Below, piece by piece: positions 52,455-62,523 of a stretch of DNA of 64,000 nucleotides (positions are counted from its first letter, which is position 1; each line of letters opens with the position of its first letter). The DNA is from Pelagomonas calceolata. Its lineage: Eukaryota. The translations under genes and the position numbers were made by a program. The notes beneath the pieces were generated by a model that was given only the letters and a program-made list of their open reading frames with translations, ran no database searches and was not told the origin of the DNA. The DNA is taken from the NCBI GenBank assembly GCA_918797485.1, contig CAKKNE010000006.1, forward strand, positions 1 through 64,000, written 5' to 3'.

Positions 52455-55400
52455 ATGGCCTCGGTAGTAGTAGTAGGCTCCGGCGGCCGCGAGCACGCCA
52501 TCGTCAAGGCCCTCGCGGCGAGTCCGAAAGTATCAACGGTCTTCGCCGCGCCCGGCAACGGCGGCACGGAGGCTATGGGCGGCAAGGTCCAGAACGTCGA
52601 CGTCAAACCGAAGGATGTTGCGGGATGGGCGGCCGCGCGAGGCATTAGTCTAGTGGTCGTGGGCCCGGAGCAGCCGCTCGTCGACGGCGTCTGCGACGAG
52701 TGTGCTGATAAGGGCATACCGGCCTTCGGCCCCTCGGCTCTCGCGGCGGAGATCGAGGCCAGTAAAGCGTGGTCCAAGGCCTTCATGGACCGCCACGGCC
52801 TGAAGACCGCGGCCTTCGAGACGTTTAAGAGGGAGGAGGGCGACAAGGCCCGAGACTACGTGAAGAGCTGCGGCCATTCGGTGGTCGTGAAGGCTTCTGG
52901 TTTGGCGGCGGGCAAGGGCGTGTTGGTGCCGCCGCCCAATGATATAGAAGCAGCCCTGAAAGCCGTCGACGAGATGTTCCACCCCACCAATAAAGCCTTC
53001 GGCGCGGCCGGCGACGTCGTGGTGATCGAGCAACTGTTGACGGGGCCCGAGATCTCATTATTCGCCTTTTGCGACGGCACGACGGCTCGCTGCATGCTCC
53101 CGGCCCAGGATCATAAAAGAGCCCACGATGGAGATAGAGGGCCGAACACGGGCGGCATGGGCGCGTACGCTCCCTCGCCCCAGATCTCGGCGGCGGAACT
53201 CAAGGTCGCGGAGCGCATCATGCAAGAAGCGGTCACCGGTCTGAAGAAGGAAGGGAGACCCTTCGTGGGGTGTTTGTATGGTGGGTTTATGTTGACACCA
53301 GATGGACCCTACTTGCTAGAGTTCAATGCAAGGTTCGGCGACCCGGAGACGCAGGTCGTCCTACCTTTACTGAAGTCGGACTGTTTTGAAGTGATGAGCG
53401 CGTGCGCGGCGGGCACCCTCGATTCGGTGGAAGTCGAGTGGCGCGACGCCTGCGCGTGTACGGTTGTGGTAGCGGCCGGTGGATATCCGAACAAGTACGA
53501 CAAAGGCCTAGTGATGTCGGGTGTGGACGACGCTGATTCACTACCAGGTGTCACGGTCTACCACGCTGGGACAAAGACGAAGGGCGATCAATTAGTAACG
53601 TCGGGCGGTAGAGTGGTGGCCGTGTCGTGCATCGCCCCGGAGCTCAAGGGCGCCGTCCGCGGGGCTTATGCCGGCGCGGCGCGTATTAGATTTGCGGGCG
53701 CGTTCCACAGGGGCGATATTGCCAGAAGGTGCTTGGACGCGCCCCTCAAGGTAGGCGTGTTAGGAAGCACGCGCGGTACGTCATTACAAGCCGTGCTCGA
53801 CGCTTTGTCGGGAGGTACTTTAAGGAACGTGGAGCTGGCGTGCGTCCTCTCGAACAAGAAGGACTCGGGGTTATTAGATAGGTGCCGGTCGTATTGCCCC
53901 GTCCATCATATCCCGGCGAAGAAGGGCGAGGATCGAGCGTTGTATGATAGTAAACTCACGGCCAAGCTCCTCGAGCACGGCGTCGAAGTTGTGCTGTGCG
54001 TGGGCTGGATGCGTATTTTTTCAAAGGAGTTCTGCCAGGCGTGGCGCGGCCGCTGCATTAATGTGCACCCTTCTCTCCTACCAAAGCACGGCGGGCTGAT
54101 GGACTTGGACGTTCACGCGTCCGTGCTCAAGGCAGGCGATAGTGAGACGGGCTGCACGGTCCACCTCGTCACGGAGGACGTGGATGGAGGTACCGTACTA
54201 GTACAGAAGAGTACGACAGTGGAGAAGGGCGACACTCCAGAAACTTTGAAGGGCAAGGTCCAGGCGCTCGAGGGTCCTTCACTCATCGACGCCGTCGAGG
54301 CGTTGAGAGATGGCGACGCCGGGGCGCGCTTCGCGCCGCGGCCCCGCGTCACGGAGGAGGAAGAAGTTGTAGCGAGTGGCAGTGTCCCGCTGACGTACGC
54401 GGCCGCCGGAGTCAGTATCGACGCGGGCAACGCCTTGGTCGAGCGCATCAAGCCTCTGGCCAAGGCTACCACGATCCCGGGCTGCGAGGGGAGTCTAGGT
54501 GGCTTCGGGAGCGTCTTCGACCTCGAGAAGGCGGGCTTCGGCGGCCCGGACGTGCTGCTCGTAAGTGGCACGGACGGCGTCGGCACGAAGTTGAGACTGG
54601 CGCAACGAGCCTCGTTGATCGGCGACACGCGAACGAAAGCAGACATCGCGCGCGGCCTGGGCATCGACCTGGTCGCGATGTGTGCAAATGATATTGCGAC
54701 CATGGGTGCCCAGCCGCTCTTCTTCCTCGACTACTACGCTACTGGGGCTTTAGATGTCGATGCGTGTGCATCATTAGTAGAAGGTGTAGCGGACGGCTGC
54801 GCCAAGTCGGGCTGCGCCTTGAGTGGAGGGGAAACGGCGGAGATGCCCGGCTTGTATGGAGCGGGCGACTTCGACGTCGCGGGTTTTTGCGTCGGGGCGG
54901 TTAGGAAGCGCGACTTACTTCCAAGAACGTCATCGATGCAAGCCGGCGACGTGCTGATTGGCGTGGCGTCGAGTGGTGTCCACGCGAACGGGTTTTCTTT
55001 GGTAAGGAAGGCCCTCGCGAAGTTTGCTAAACAGCAGAACACGTCCATTTTCGCATTGTTGGACGCGCCCGCTTCCAGTGTCGGTGCGGGTGGTGACGAG
55101 TCGCTCGCGTCGGTATTATTGGCGCCGACGCGGTTATACGCGTCGACGATGGGCGCGGTCCGCCAAGTACCAGGGTTGCGGGGCGCGGCCCATATCACCG
55201 GAGGCGGGTTAACCGAGAATTTGCCAAGAGTCCTGCCGGACCACCTCATGGCGAAGGTCACGCCGTGGGCGCTGCCGCCCCTGTTCGAGTGGCTGCGGCG
55301 GGCGTGCGGCGGCTTGCCCGACGACGAGTTGGTGCGGACGTTCAACGCGGGCATCGGCCTCGTCTTCGTCGTCGCTGCCTCCGACGCGGCCGCGCTGAAG

Positions 55401-55511
55401 AAGGCGTTATCGGACGCGAACGAGGGCGGCGTCGTCGACCTCGGCGTCCTCGCGGCGCGCGGCGGCGGGCCGGCGTGCGTCGTCGAGGGGAAGCTGCGGT
55501 CTTCCGCCTGA
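52455..55511 (+). CDS. Trifunctional purine biosynthesis enzyme, PurD(GARS)-PurN(GART)-PurM(AIRS)
   Basis: PurD: GSGGREHA, APGNGG, KASGLAAGKGV, QDHKR..DGD.GPNTGGMG and EFNARFGDPETQ; PurN: GS.RG, INVHPSLLP and TGCTVH.V...VD.G; PurM: TYAAAGV.I, GTDGVGTKL, GGETAEMPG, SSGVHANGFSL and AHITGGG. Confidence 0.96.
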   Translation: MASVVVVGSGGREHAIVKALAASPKVSTVFAAPGNGGTEAMGGKVQNVDVKPKDVAGWAAARGISLVVVGPEQPLVDGVCDECADKGIPAFGPSALAAEIEASKAWSKAFMDRHGLKTAAFETFKREEGDKARDYVKSCGHSVVVKASGLAAGKGVLVPPPNDIEAALKAVDEMFHPTNKAFGAAGDVVVIEQLLTGPEISLFAFCDGTTARCMLPAQDHKRAHDGDRGPNTGGMGAYAPSPQISAAELKVAERIMQEAVTGLKKEGRPFVGCLYGGFMLTPDGPYLLEFNARFGDPETQVVLPLLKSDCFEVMSACAAGTLDSVEVEWRDACACTVVVAAGGYPNKYDKGLVMSGVDDADSLPGVTVYHAGTKTKGDQLVTSGGRVVAVSCIAPELKGAVRGAYAGAARIRFAGAFHRGDIARRCLDAPLKVGVLGSTRGTSLQAVLDALSGGTLRNVELACVLSNKKDSGLLDRCRSYCPVHHIPAKKGEDRALYDSKLTAKLLEHGVEVVLCVGWMRIFSKEFCQAWRGRCINVHPSLLPKHGGLMDLDVHASVLKAGDSETGCTVHLVTEDVDGGTVLVQKSTTVEKGDTPETLKGKVQALEGPSLIDAVEALRDGDAGARFAPRPRVTEEEEVVASGSVPLTYAAAGVSIDAGNALVERIKPLAKATTIPGCEGSLGGFGSVFDLEKAGFGGPDVLLVSGTDGVGTKLRLAQRASLIGDTRTKADIARGLGIDLVAMCANDIATMGAQPLFFLDYYATGALDVDACASLVEGVADGCAKSGCALSGGETAEMPGLYGAGDFDVAGFCVGAVRKRDLLPRTSSMQAGDVLIGVASSGVHANGFSLVRKALAKFAKQQNTSIFALLDAPASSVGAGGDESLASVLLAPTRLYASTMGAVRQVPGLRGAAHITGGGLTENLPRVLPDHLMAKVTPWALPPLFEWLRRACGGLPDDELVRTFNAGIGLVFVVAASDAAALKKALSDANEGGVVDLGVLAARGGGPACVVEGKLRSSA

Positions 55512-55826
55512 GCTATATCCTTGGACTCCCCCGTTTAAGGAACTTATCCGTGACCGTTGCTAGTAGAGTTGCACGCTAGCTTGCAACCGTCGCGAAGGAC
55601 AGGCCGCATATCAAGGCAAGGCTCGCACTATGGCGCCGCAAAAACCTTGCAGGTAGAGACAAGGCATCTTCGTTCCAGTAGCGGCAACCTCGCTGCACGG
55701 CGCTAGTGCACAGAGCAAGCACAGGCACTGCAAGCCTTGCTGTTGCTGTGCCTGCGGAGCGAGCTATCCGCCGTGCTAGACGCCACCGCCGCGCCGCAGC
55801 TAGACGCCGCCGCCGCGCGCAGCAAT

Positions 55827-56657
55827 ATGGCCGACCTCCGCCGCACGCGGTCGCCGCGCGAGGCCGCGGCGGCGAGTGAGGCCATGGTCGCTGGCTGCGT
55901 CGCCGGGAGCATCGGCCAGCTCGTCGGCTTTCCCCTCGACACCTTGAAGGTGCGGACGCAGCTCCAGGCGTCGCCGTCAATGGCGTTGTTCAGCGGCTGG
56001 CGCGTGCCGGTCGCGACGGCCGGGGCGATAAACTGCGCGAATTTCGGGGTCTACGACAGCGCGTGGCGCCATTTAGCAAAGGACGTGGACGATGATGTGG
56101 ATGCGCCGTCTCATGTGGTCTTCGCGGCGGGCGCGTGCGGCGGCTTTGTCATTTCTCCGGTCTCGACGGTCATTTCTCGAGTGAAAGTATTGCAACAGTC
56201 GTGCGCCTTTCCTGGTAGGGGGGTCTTCGACGTCTGTCGATCGTTGGTGGAAGGTGGAGGCATGCGTTCACTATGGTGCGGCTTTTCCGCGAACTTTTGC
56301 ATGGAGTGCTGCCGCGGGTTTTACATGCTGTTTTTTGTGGGAGCGAAGCGCTACCTCGGTGGCGAGAGCAAGGACCTGGCGTTGTGGAAGCGGTCGCTCG
56401 CGGGGGCCTTCGCGGGCGTCGCGTCGTGGGTCGTCGTCTATCCCCTTGATGTGGTGAAGACGGCCGTGCAGGCCCAGAACCCGCAGAAGGGCGAGCGGAC
56501 GTCAACTCGGGAGATGGCGCTGCGCTTATATCGGGACGGCGGCGTCGGGAGGTTTTATAGGGGGCTGGGTTTCACGGTGCTGCGGGCGGGGCCCGTCGCG
56601 GGCGTGCTGCTGCCGACGTTCGACCTGACGCTGTACTTCCTGCGGCAGCTGCGGTAA
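55827..56657 (+). CDS. Mitochondrial carrier (carnitine/basic-amino-acid-carrier-like)
   Basis: GFPLDTLKVR.Q, YPLDVVKT..Q and FYRGLG..VLRA.P. Confidence 0.88.
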   Translation: MADLRRTRSPREAAAASEAMVAGCVAGSIGQLVGFPLDTLKVRTQLQASPSMALFSGWRVPVATAGAINCANFGVYDSAWRHLAKDVDDDVDAPSHVVFAAGACGGFVISPVSTVISRVKVLQQSCAFPGRGVFDVCRSLVEGGGMRSLWCGFSANFCMECCRGFYMLFFVGAKRYLGGESKDLALWKRSLAGAFAGVASWVVVYPLDVVKTAVQAQNPQKGERTSTREMALRLYRDGGVGRFYRGLGFTVLRAGPVAGVLLPTFDLTLYFLRQLR

Positions 56658-56944
56658 GGTTTATTTGTGTGATTTTTTTCTCTGTCGCGTCGATGGCGTA
56701 CAGCTAGCGGCGTAGGACTCTAGTCCTTTTGTCTCTGCCTCGTTTGAGGCGTCCTCGATGTGCGCCACGCGGCTTATCGATGCTTGTCGGCTTTGATTAT
56801 AAAGTGATCTGAACAGTTCGCGACGAATAACGACGATTTACTGCTCGGCTCCAGCTGTGCGGCGAGATTATTGCAGCACCCAGCACCCAGCAGTGTGCAG
56901 CGGCGGCATTGCTGGCGCATTGGTGCATTGGCAGCACTACATGA

Positions 56945-57679
56945 ATGCGACGCCGAGGCTACGAGGTGTTTCGCAACGCCGCGTGTGCGAAGGCGTGCGC
57001 ACGCGTGCGTACGGCAGCGCTGGCAGAGGCGGCGGCGCGGCCCTGGACCGCGCGACTGCGCGAGGCGCTGAGCTCCGAGATCCGCGCCCCTTGGCGCCGA
57101 GCACACGTCGCTTTGGACTTGACCGACGACGTCAAAACTGTGCTCGCCGCTGCGACAGTTCGCGCGGCGCCGTCGTTGTTTACGGCAGGCTTAGATGATG
57201 AGTCACACCTCGTCGAGCTGTCTTGCATGATCGCGTTTCCCGGCGCGACTGAGCAAGCTGCGCACGCCGACGTGCCTCGGGATACGGAGACGCCTACGTG
57301 TACGCTCTGGGTCCTATTGCAGGACGTCGCGCTCGCATCGGGCCCGACGCACGTGTTCCCGGACGACTGCGACGCGCGGGCGCGGACCCTCGAGACGCAC
57401 GCGGCGAGACCGACGCACTACGCGCCCGACGGCGAGCCTGAGGCGGACATCGCGCCGATTGAGGCGCCCGCCACCGCCGTGGCCCTGACCGGCGCAAGCG
57501 GCGACGCCCTAGCGATGGACTGCCGGCTTGTGCACTACGGCGGTGCCAATACCTCTACCGCGCCGCGCGTGCAGCTCTCCGCGACGTTTCGGCGCGGCGA
57601 AACGAAGGGAGACGCCTTCACCTACCAGCTCCGCGACTCGCTGCCACCACTGACGCTCGGTAAGATACAAGGATATTAA
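56945..57679 (+). CDS. PhyH-like Fe(II)/2-oxoglutarate dioxygenase
   Basis: PGA..Q..HAD, W..LQDV....GPT...P, GD...MD.RL.H.GGAN.S...R. Confidence 0.8.
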   Translation: MRRRGYEVFRNAACAKACARVRTAALAEAAARPWTARLREALSSEIRAPWRRAHVALDLTDDVKTVLAAATVRAAPSLFTAGLDDESHLVELSCMIAFPGATEQAAHADVPRDTETPTCTLWVLLQDVALASGPTHVFPDDCDARARTLETHAARPTHYAPDGEPEADIAPIEAPATAVALTGASGDALAMDCRLVHYGGANTSTAPRVQLSATFRRGETKGDAFTYQLRDSLPPLTLGKIQGY

Positions 57680-57688
57680 GCAGGGAAT

Positions 57689-58109
57689 CTACTCCTTCGC
57701 CGCGGCCTTGCAGTCGCGGAAGCATTGAGCTTCGAATAAATTGCAGTCCGGGCAGTCCCAGGGGTACGGCTTCGCGCGGATCTTCATGTGGCTGTAGGCG
57801 ATGTCCTCGTGCTCGTGGGGGTGCATCATGTGGCGGTACTCGACCTGCGTAGGAATCAAATGTCATGATGTCATGTCGTCCCTGCGGCTGCTCGATGGCG
57901 TGGGGCCTCCTGGTTGATTTCCGCACGGTACTCACGATGCCGATGTACGTCGACAGCACGCCGCAGAAGGCGATCGCGCCATACGAATACTTGGTCCACT
58001 TGGCCATCTCGATGGCCGCTTCGGCGGCGTCGCCGGACATCATCCGCCGGCCCAGCGGCGCGGCGCCTCGCCTCAGCAGGGCAGCGCTTCTAGCGGCAAG
58101 GAAGCTCAT
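57689..58109 (-). CDS. COX6A: Cytochrome c oxidase subunit VIa, 2 exons (58109-57936 and 57844-57689)
   Basis: Mitochondrial presequence, W..S..A TM segment; spliced exon 2 reads VEYRHMMHPHEHEDIAYSHMKIRAKPYPW.C.DC.LF, containing the COX6A-like Y.H..IR.K.(F/Y)PW motif. Confidence 0.85.
57845..57928 (-). mobile_element. Decayed introner-like element in COX6A; intron 57935-57845
   Basis: TIR-like ends CTGCGTAGGAATCAA and TTGATTTCCGCACGG; TSD TACTCGAC (57837-57844) versus TACTCAC (57929-57935); internal GCTCGATGGCGTGG is shared with the 10305 element. Confidence 0.85.
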
Positions 58110-58467
58110 GTTGGCTCAGATCTGACGCGCGACGCTTTCTGCGGTTCTGAGAGTTAGCGCCGGGGCTCTGTAGAGGCGATGCGTGCGTCAAATGGGCCAG
58201 CGGAGCGCGCGCGCCTGCGTTTAGGCCGATTTTTGCGGCCGCAAAAGCGAAATAAACCCGTTTTGTTCGCCGCCAGGGCTGCAAACTCAGTTTCCCTTTT
58301 CGGACACGTCTAAGAGCCATCGATGTGGCCTATGCAGCCATAAAAAACGGGAAGGTGGAGACACGAGCTCAACCAAGACAGCCTGGTCTGCGTGCTGTGC
58401 GTGCCGTGGTCTACACTGCACTCGGCACATCCTCGAGCATCTGAGGTCTCGCAGCGGTCCATCAACC

Positions 58468-58965
58468 ATGCGCTTGCTTAGCGTAGCTTTGGCGTTGAGC
58501 ACTGTGGCTGCACTGCAGCCGCCTGCCTCCAGAGCTGCCGCAGCCAAGGCAAATCCCGCGGCCATCGACGTCTACAGCCGGGCAACGGCGACGAGTGCCG
58601 CCCGCGACGTCGCCCTCTACGGTCTGTTCGGGCCGAGCGAGGCCGAGAAGCGCGCCGAGCAGGCGCGCCTCGACGCGGAGCAAGAAGCTCTCAATGAGAG
58701 GTTCCGCAAGGAGAGCGAGAGCGACTTCGCGTTCATGAGCGTGTTTGGGGTGGTCACGCGCGTGGGCGGTGTCCAATGAGCCAGGTGCCTTCATGAGCGT
58801 CGGGCACACACGCCTTCGCCGCGAGTATGAAACGCGATGGGGTCCAGAACACGCCATCGCCGCGACGCAAGCGACGACACACGCAGGTCGCTGCCGATCG
58901 TCTACCTCATCTACCTCGCGTTCCAGGTGGACCCCGAGGAGGTCGGCGCCGGCGGGATCTACTGA
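58468..58965 (+). CDS. Small, probably plastid-targeted single-TM protein, 2 exons (about 58468-58757 and 58887-58965)
   Basis: Signal peptide MRLLSVALALSTVAAL; splicing at a GC donor (58758) and the CAG acceptor (58886) gives FGVVTSLPIVYLIYLAF; donor position uncertain. Confidence 0.55.
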
Positions 58966-59032
58966 GCCCCGGTAGCGAGTAACATTGAGAGACTCTTATA
59001 AAGAAAGCGGCCGCACCGTGTGCGCGGCGTCA

Positions 59033-59542
59033 CTAGAATCGAGCCGGCGACCGCGACCGCGAGCGCTGGGAGCCGCTCCCGACGGAGGAGTCGTCGGCGG
59101 GCTCGACGGTCGCGCTCGACGCGGCGCGCCGCATCGACGGCCGGCGGACGCGCCGCGGCCGGCTGCTTTCAGGAACAGTCGGGTCCGCGATGTCCTCGGA
59201 GTGGGACCGCTCCGAGACGACGGCCGTCGGCAGCGTCCCGCTCGCCTTGTCGTTCGGGCTGAGCTCGGACGTCGCGCTGCAGTCCGAGGAACTGTGCGAC
59301 CGCGGCACGAGGAGCGTGAGGTCGTTCACCGGAGATTGTAAGGACGTGAAGTCCGTCTGCGTGCCCGTCGTCGCCTGCTCGGACCGGAACTTGCAAATGT
59401 GGCCCGCTTTTGGGAGGCCGCAGCGCCCGCAGCGGTACGGCCTCCGCGGCTTGTGCGCGCGCTTCTTCTTCTCGACGGGGGCCGCGGCGGCCGTCGCGTC
59501 GAAGAGCGTCAATAGTCCTTTGGCGGCTTCGTTGTCGCCCAT
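59033..59542 (-). CDS. CxxC-GHxC knuckle protein, partial paralog of the 38929-40755 gene
   Basis: MGDNEAAKGLLT.FDATAA and PVEKKKRA...YRC.RCGLPKAGHIC are shared at DNA level. Confidence 0.5.
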   Translation of the reverse strand: MGDNEAAKGLLTLFDATAAAAPVEKKKRAHKPRRPYRCGRCGLPKAGHICKFRSEQATTGTQTDFTSLQSPVNDLTLLVPRSHSSSDCSATSELSPNDKASGTLPTAVVSERSHSEDIADPTVPESSRPRRVRRPSMRRAASSATVEPADDSSVGSGSQRSRSRSPARF

Positions 59543-60627
59543 CGCGGCGGCGGGACGACCTGCGCGGCCGCAAATTTGCACGTTTTTATGGAGCGAGCCG
59601 ACGAGTCGTGCGAGGAGGACGCGTACCGCGATGATGAACCGGTTTCGCAACGTGTTATTGTCCACACAGCGCTTACCAAAATCTGCCTGTACTTTTTTTA
59701 GCAGCTCAAAACTTCATAAATAAGCGGTCGTGCAGCACGCAGCCGTGCACACGATGTCAAACCGGACTCAGTGGTCTTCTGCTGCTCAAGTTACGCTGAA
59801 CAAGCCTTGCGTGCAGGAGCACTGCCCGAGTTTGTTGGCACTTGGCAGCTGTGCGAAATTTTCACTAGCGGCTCGCTGCTCCAAAGTTTGAAAATACGCG
59901 ACGCCTTCCTCCGCCTGAGGACCCTTCTCGAGCATAGGCAGCACAGATCCGCGTCTCGCGAAGGGTGGGCTCCCCAGGCGCGCGGCGCGGCGCCGAGCGC
60001 CATAGTCCGAGCGCCCGCGAGCCAGCCTGCACTCAGCGAAAAAAACGCAGGGCGGAACGCTCTGGTCACCCCTCCGAGTCCGCCGGTGGCGTATCGGCCG
60101 GCGCCCCAGCCATCGAGCAGACCGCGGCACCGCGCGCGATGTAGGGCGGTTTCGTGCCTCGAAGCAGCCCGAAACCACACGCCATCGTACCAGCACGTCC
60201 GCGCATCCGGGTTGGCTCGTTGCAATAGTCTTCGAACATGTCCACTAAAAAACAACTCCTCCGACACCATCGCGGAGCTGCGTCGCGCCGAGTCTCCATA
60301 CGGGGCCCACAGAGCTTGGCAGGTGTTGTGCCTCTGTAAAGAAAACCTCCTGAAACTCAGATAAGGAAATCTCCCACGAGAGTTGCATCGCGCCATCGCT
60401 TTGCTGCCGATAGCTAGGAGAGGCCAATCTCCGCCGACAACCTAGCAACGCGAGTCGACGCTGCCAGCGCTCGATTTTTCCCGCTCGGCCCGCTGCCACC
60501 GCTAGGGGGACAGCCCGGAACGCCTCCTCCGCGGCCCACGGAGCCTTAGAAGCTCAAAGCTCGCCGCCCGGCCTCCGCGCCCGCCCGCAAAAAGCCAGCA
60601 AGAACACTCGACGACCTCAAACCGACC

Positions 60628-61563
60628 ATGGAGAAGTACGAAAAGGTCGAAAAGGTCGGCGAGGGCACGTATGGCGTCGTCTACAAGGTGAGGAATGTAA
60701 GGACCGACGCGATCCTCGCGTTAAAAAAGATAAGGTTAGCTGATGAAGAAGAAGGCGTGCCCGCGACGGCCATCCGCGAGATCTCTCTACTGAAAGAACT
60801 CAGCCATCCGAACATCGTGGCCTTGCACGACGTCGTCTACGTCAACAGCAAGCTCTTCCTCGCGTTCGAGTTTCTGGACCGTGATTTAAAGCACCACATG
60901 GACGCGCGGGGAGGTGTTGGATTAGATGTATCAACAACAGCTTCCTTCGTCTACCAGATTCTCTGCGGCGTCGCGTTCTGCCACGAGCGGCGCGTGTTAC
61001 ATAGGGACCTCAAGCCACAGAACCTCTTACTTGATCGGGTAGGAACGTTGAAATTGGCTGATTTCGGTCTAGCTCGGGCCTTCAGTAGCCCAAGACGGGC
61101 CTACACGCACGAGGTCATTACGTTGTGGTACCGCGCGCCGGAGATTTTACTGGGCGCCGAGCACTACTCGACGCCGGTCGACATTTGGAGTATTGGGTGC
61201 ATCTTCGTGGAGATGGCGTCGTCCAAACCATTGTTTCCCGGGGATTCGGAGATCGACGAGCTGTTTAGAATTTTTCGGGTCCGAGGCACGCCGAACGACC
61301 ACGTCTGGCCCGGCGTCAGTCGCCTGCCGAACTACAAACCCGAATTTCCCCAGTGGCACGAGCAGCGCCTCGACAAGGCGGCGCCCGCTTTGGCGCCCTC
61401 GGAAGAAAACGGCGGCGACGCCGCGATCGACTTGCTCGCGCAGATGCTGACGTACGCGCCGGCGCGGCGGATCACGTGCCGCAAGGCCCTGGACCACGCC
61501 TTCTTCCAGCCGCCGCGTTTAGATAGGACGCGCTTCGCGGCGTCGACGGCGGCGCTCGGCTGA
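60628..61563 (+). CDS. Cyclin-dependent kinase, CDK1/2 (CDKA)-like
   Basis: [50 protein letters not shown] and GDSEID.LF.IF. Confidence 0.96.
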   Translation: MEKYEKVEKVGEGTYGVVYKVRNVRTDAILALKKIRLADEEEGVPATAIREISLLKELSHPNIVALHDVVYVNSKLFLAFEFLDRDLKHHMDARGGVGLDVSTTASFVYQILCGVAFCHERRVLHRDLKPQNLLLDRVGTLKLADFGLARAFSSPRRAYTHEVITLWYRAPEILLGAEHYSTPVDIWSIGCIFVEMASSKPLFPGDSEIDELFRIFRVRGTPNDHVWPGVSRLPNYKPEFPQWHEQRLDKAAPALAPSEENGGDAAIDLLAQMLTYAPARRITCRKALDHAFFQPPRLDRTRFAASTAALG

Positions 61564-61656
61564 CTACGCGTGCTTTGTGTTGGGGTTATATTATTCGCTT
61601 TCTCTGCTACTTCTCGCGTCGGGGGCGTGCCACGGTGTGTGGGATAGGCTGGGAAG

Positions 61657-62280
61657 TTACTGGGCGCGCGAGGGGTGGAAGAGGTAGGTCGAGGCCTTCT
61701 CGACGTAGTGGCCGGCCTCGGGAGCGTTGTCCGTCGAGAGCTGGGCGAGGAGCCCTTCCCAGAAGCGCCGGGGCCGCGACCGGAGCTTGCGCGCGTCCGT
61801 GACCACGAGCCCGTTCGCGTACTCGCCCGACTGGTAGAAGCTGTGCATCGACCCCACATGGGCCTCGAACCACTTCCCGAAGGGGCGTGGCGCCGCGGGG
61901 GCCAAGGACCGTCGACCCCGCCGCGTCTGGTAGAAGGAGCACTCGAACGTGGCGTCGACGGTGCCGGACCGCCGCGGGCGACTCGCAAGGGGCGCCGGCG
62001 CGTAGTCCGGGCGTAGGCGCTCGCGCAGGCGCTTCCGCCGGTCGTGCTTGTCGAGGTTGGCGGACGTGAACACGTAGGAGCCCTCGAGCTCGTCGTATGC
62101 TTGGACGATGTAATACACGAACGCGCCGTAGTCACGCCCCAGGTTCGGTCGCATCAGCGTGGGGAATTCGTGTCGCGCGTCGCCGTGTTCGACAACAACG
62201 ACAGAGGCGGCCCCATTGCACATGGCGCCGATCTCACGCACGGCGGCAACATCGTTGTAGGACTGTATTATGACTCGCAT
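61657..62280 (-). CDS. DUF3431-like protein
   Basis: PNLGRD..AF.YYIV..YD.L....VF and V....L..RP..FW..L...L......GH..E resemble DUF3431 (recognition only). Confidence 0.55.
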   Translation of the reverse strand: MRVIIQSYNDVAAVREIGAMCNGAASVVVVEHGDARHEFPTLMRPNLGRDYGAFVYYIVQAYDELEGSYVFTSANLDKHDRRKRLRERLRPDYAPAPLASRPRRSGTVDATFECSFYQTRRGRRSLAPAAPRPFGKWFEAHVGSMHSFYQSGEYANGLVVTDARKLRSRPRRFWEGLLAQLSTDNAPEAGHYVEKASTYLFHPSRAQ

Positions 62281-62523
62281 TTTTTCTTCTATTTGGGTCA
62301 CCCACTTTTTTGCCGCTTTGGTGGCTTTCCTCGGGTGCCCTTGGGAGACCCGGGCCCTGATGCACTCGCGCCGGCCGCGCAGGGACAAACAGACGGCGGA
62401 TGACCGCCGTCCGGGTGGAATTGGGTCTCAGTGGGTGTACCTGACCCGGGCAATAAGCCGGGCACTGGTCCCCAGGACGCCGGCGCCGACGACGCACACA
62501 TCATGAATCACAAAGACCGCTAC

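Noticed and set aside
59771..60499. Overlapping 136-201 aa ORFs upstream of the CDK
   Set aside because: No motifs or coding-like codon bias; probably intergenic.
60700..60790. PATAIRE instead of PSTAIRE in the CDK
   Set aside because: Single-residue variants of this helix are common in protist CDKs.
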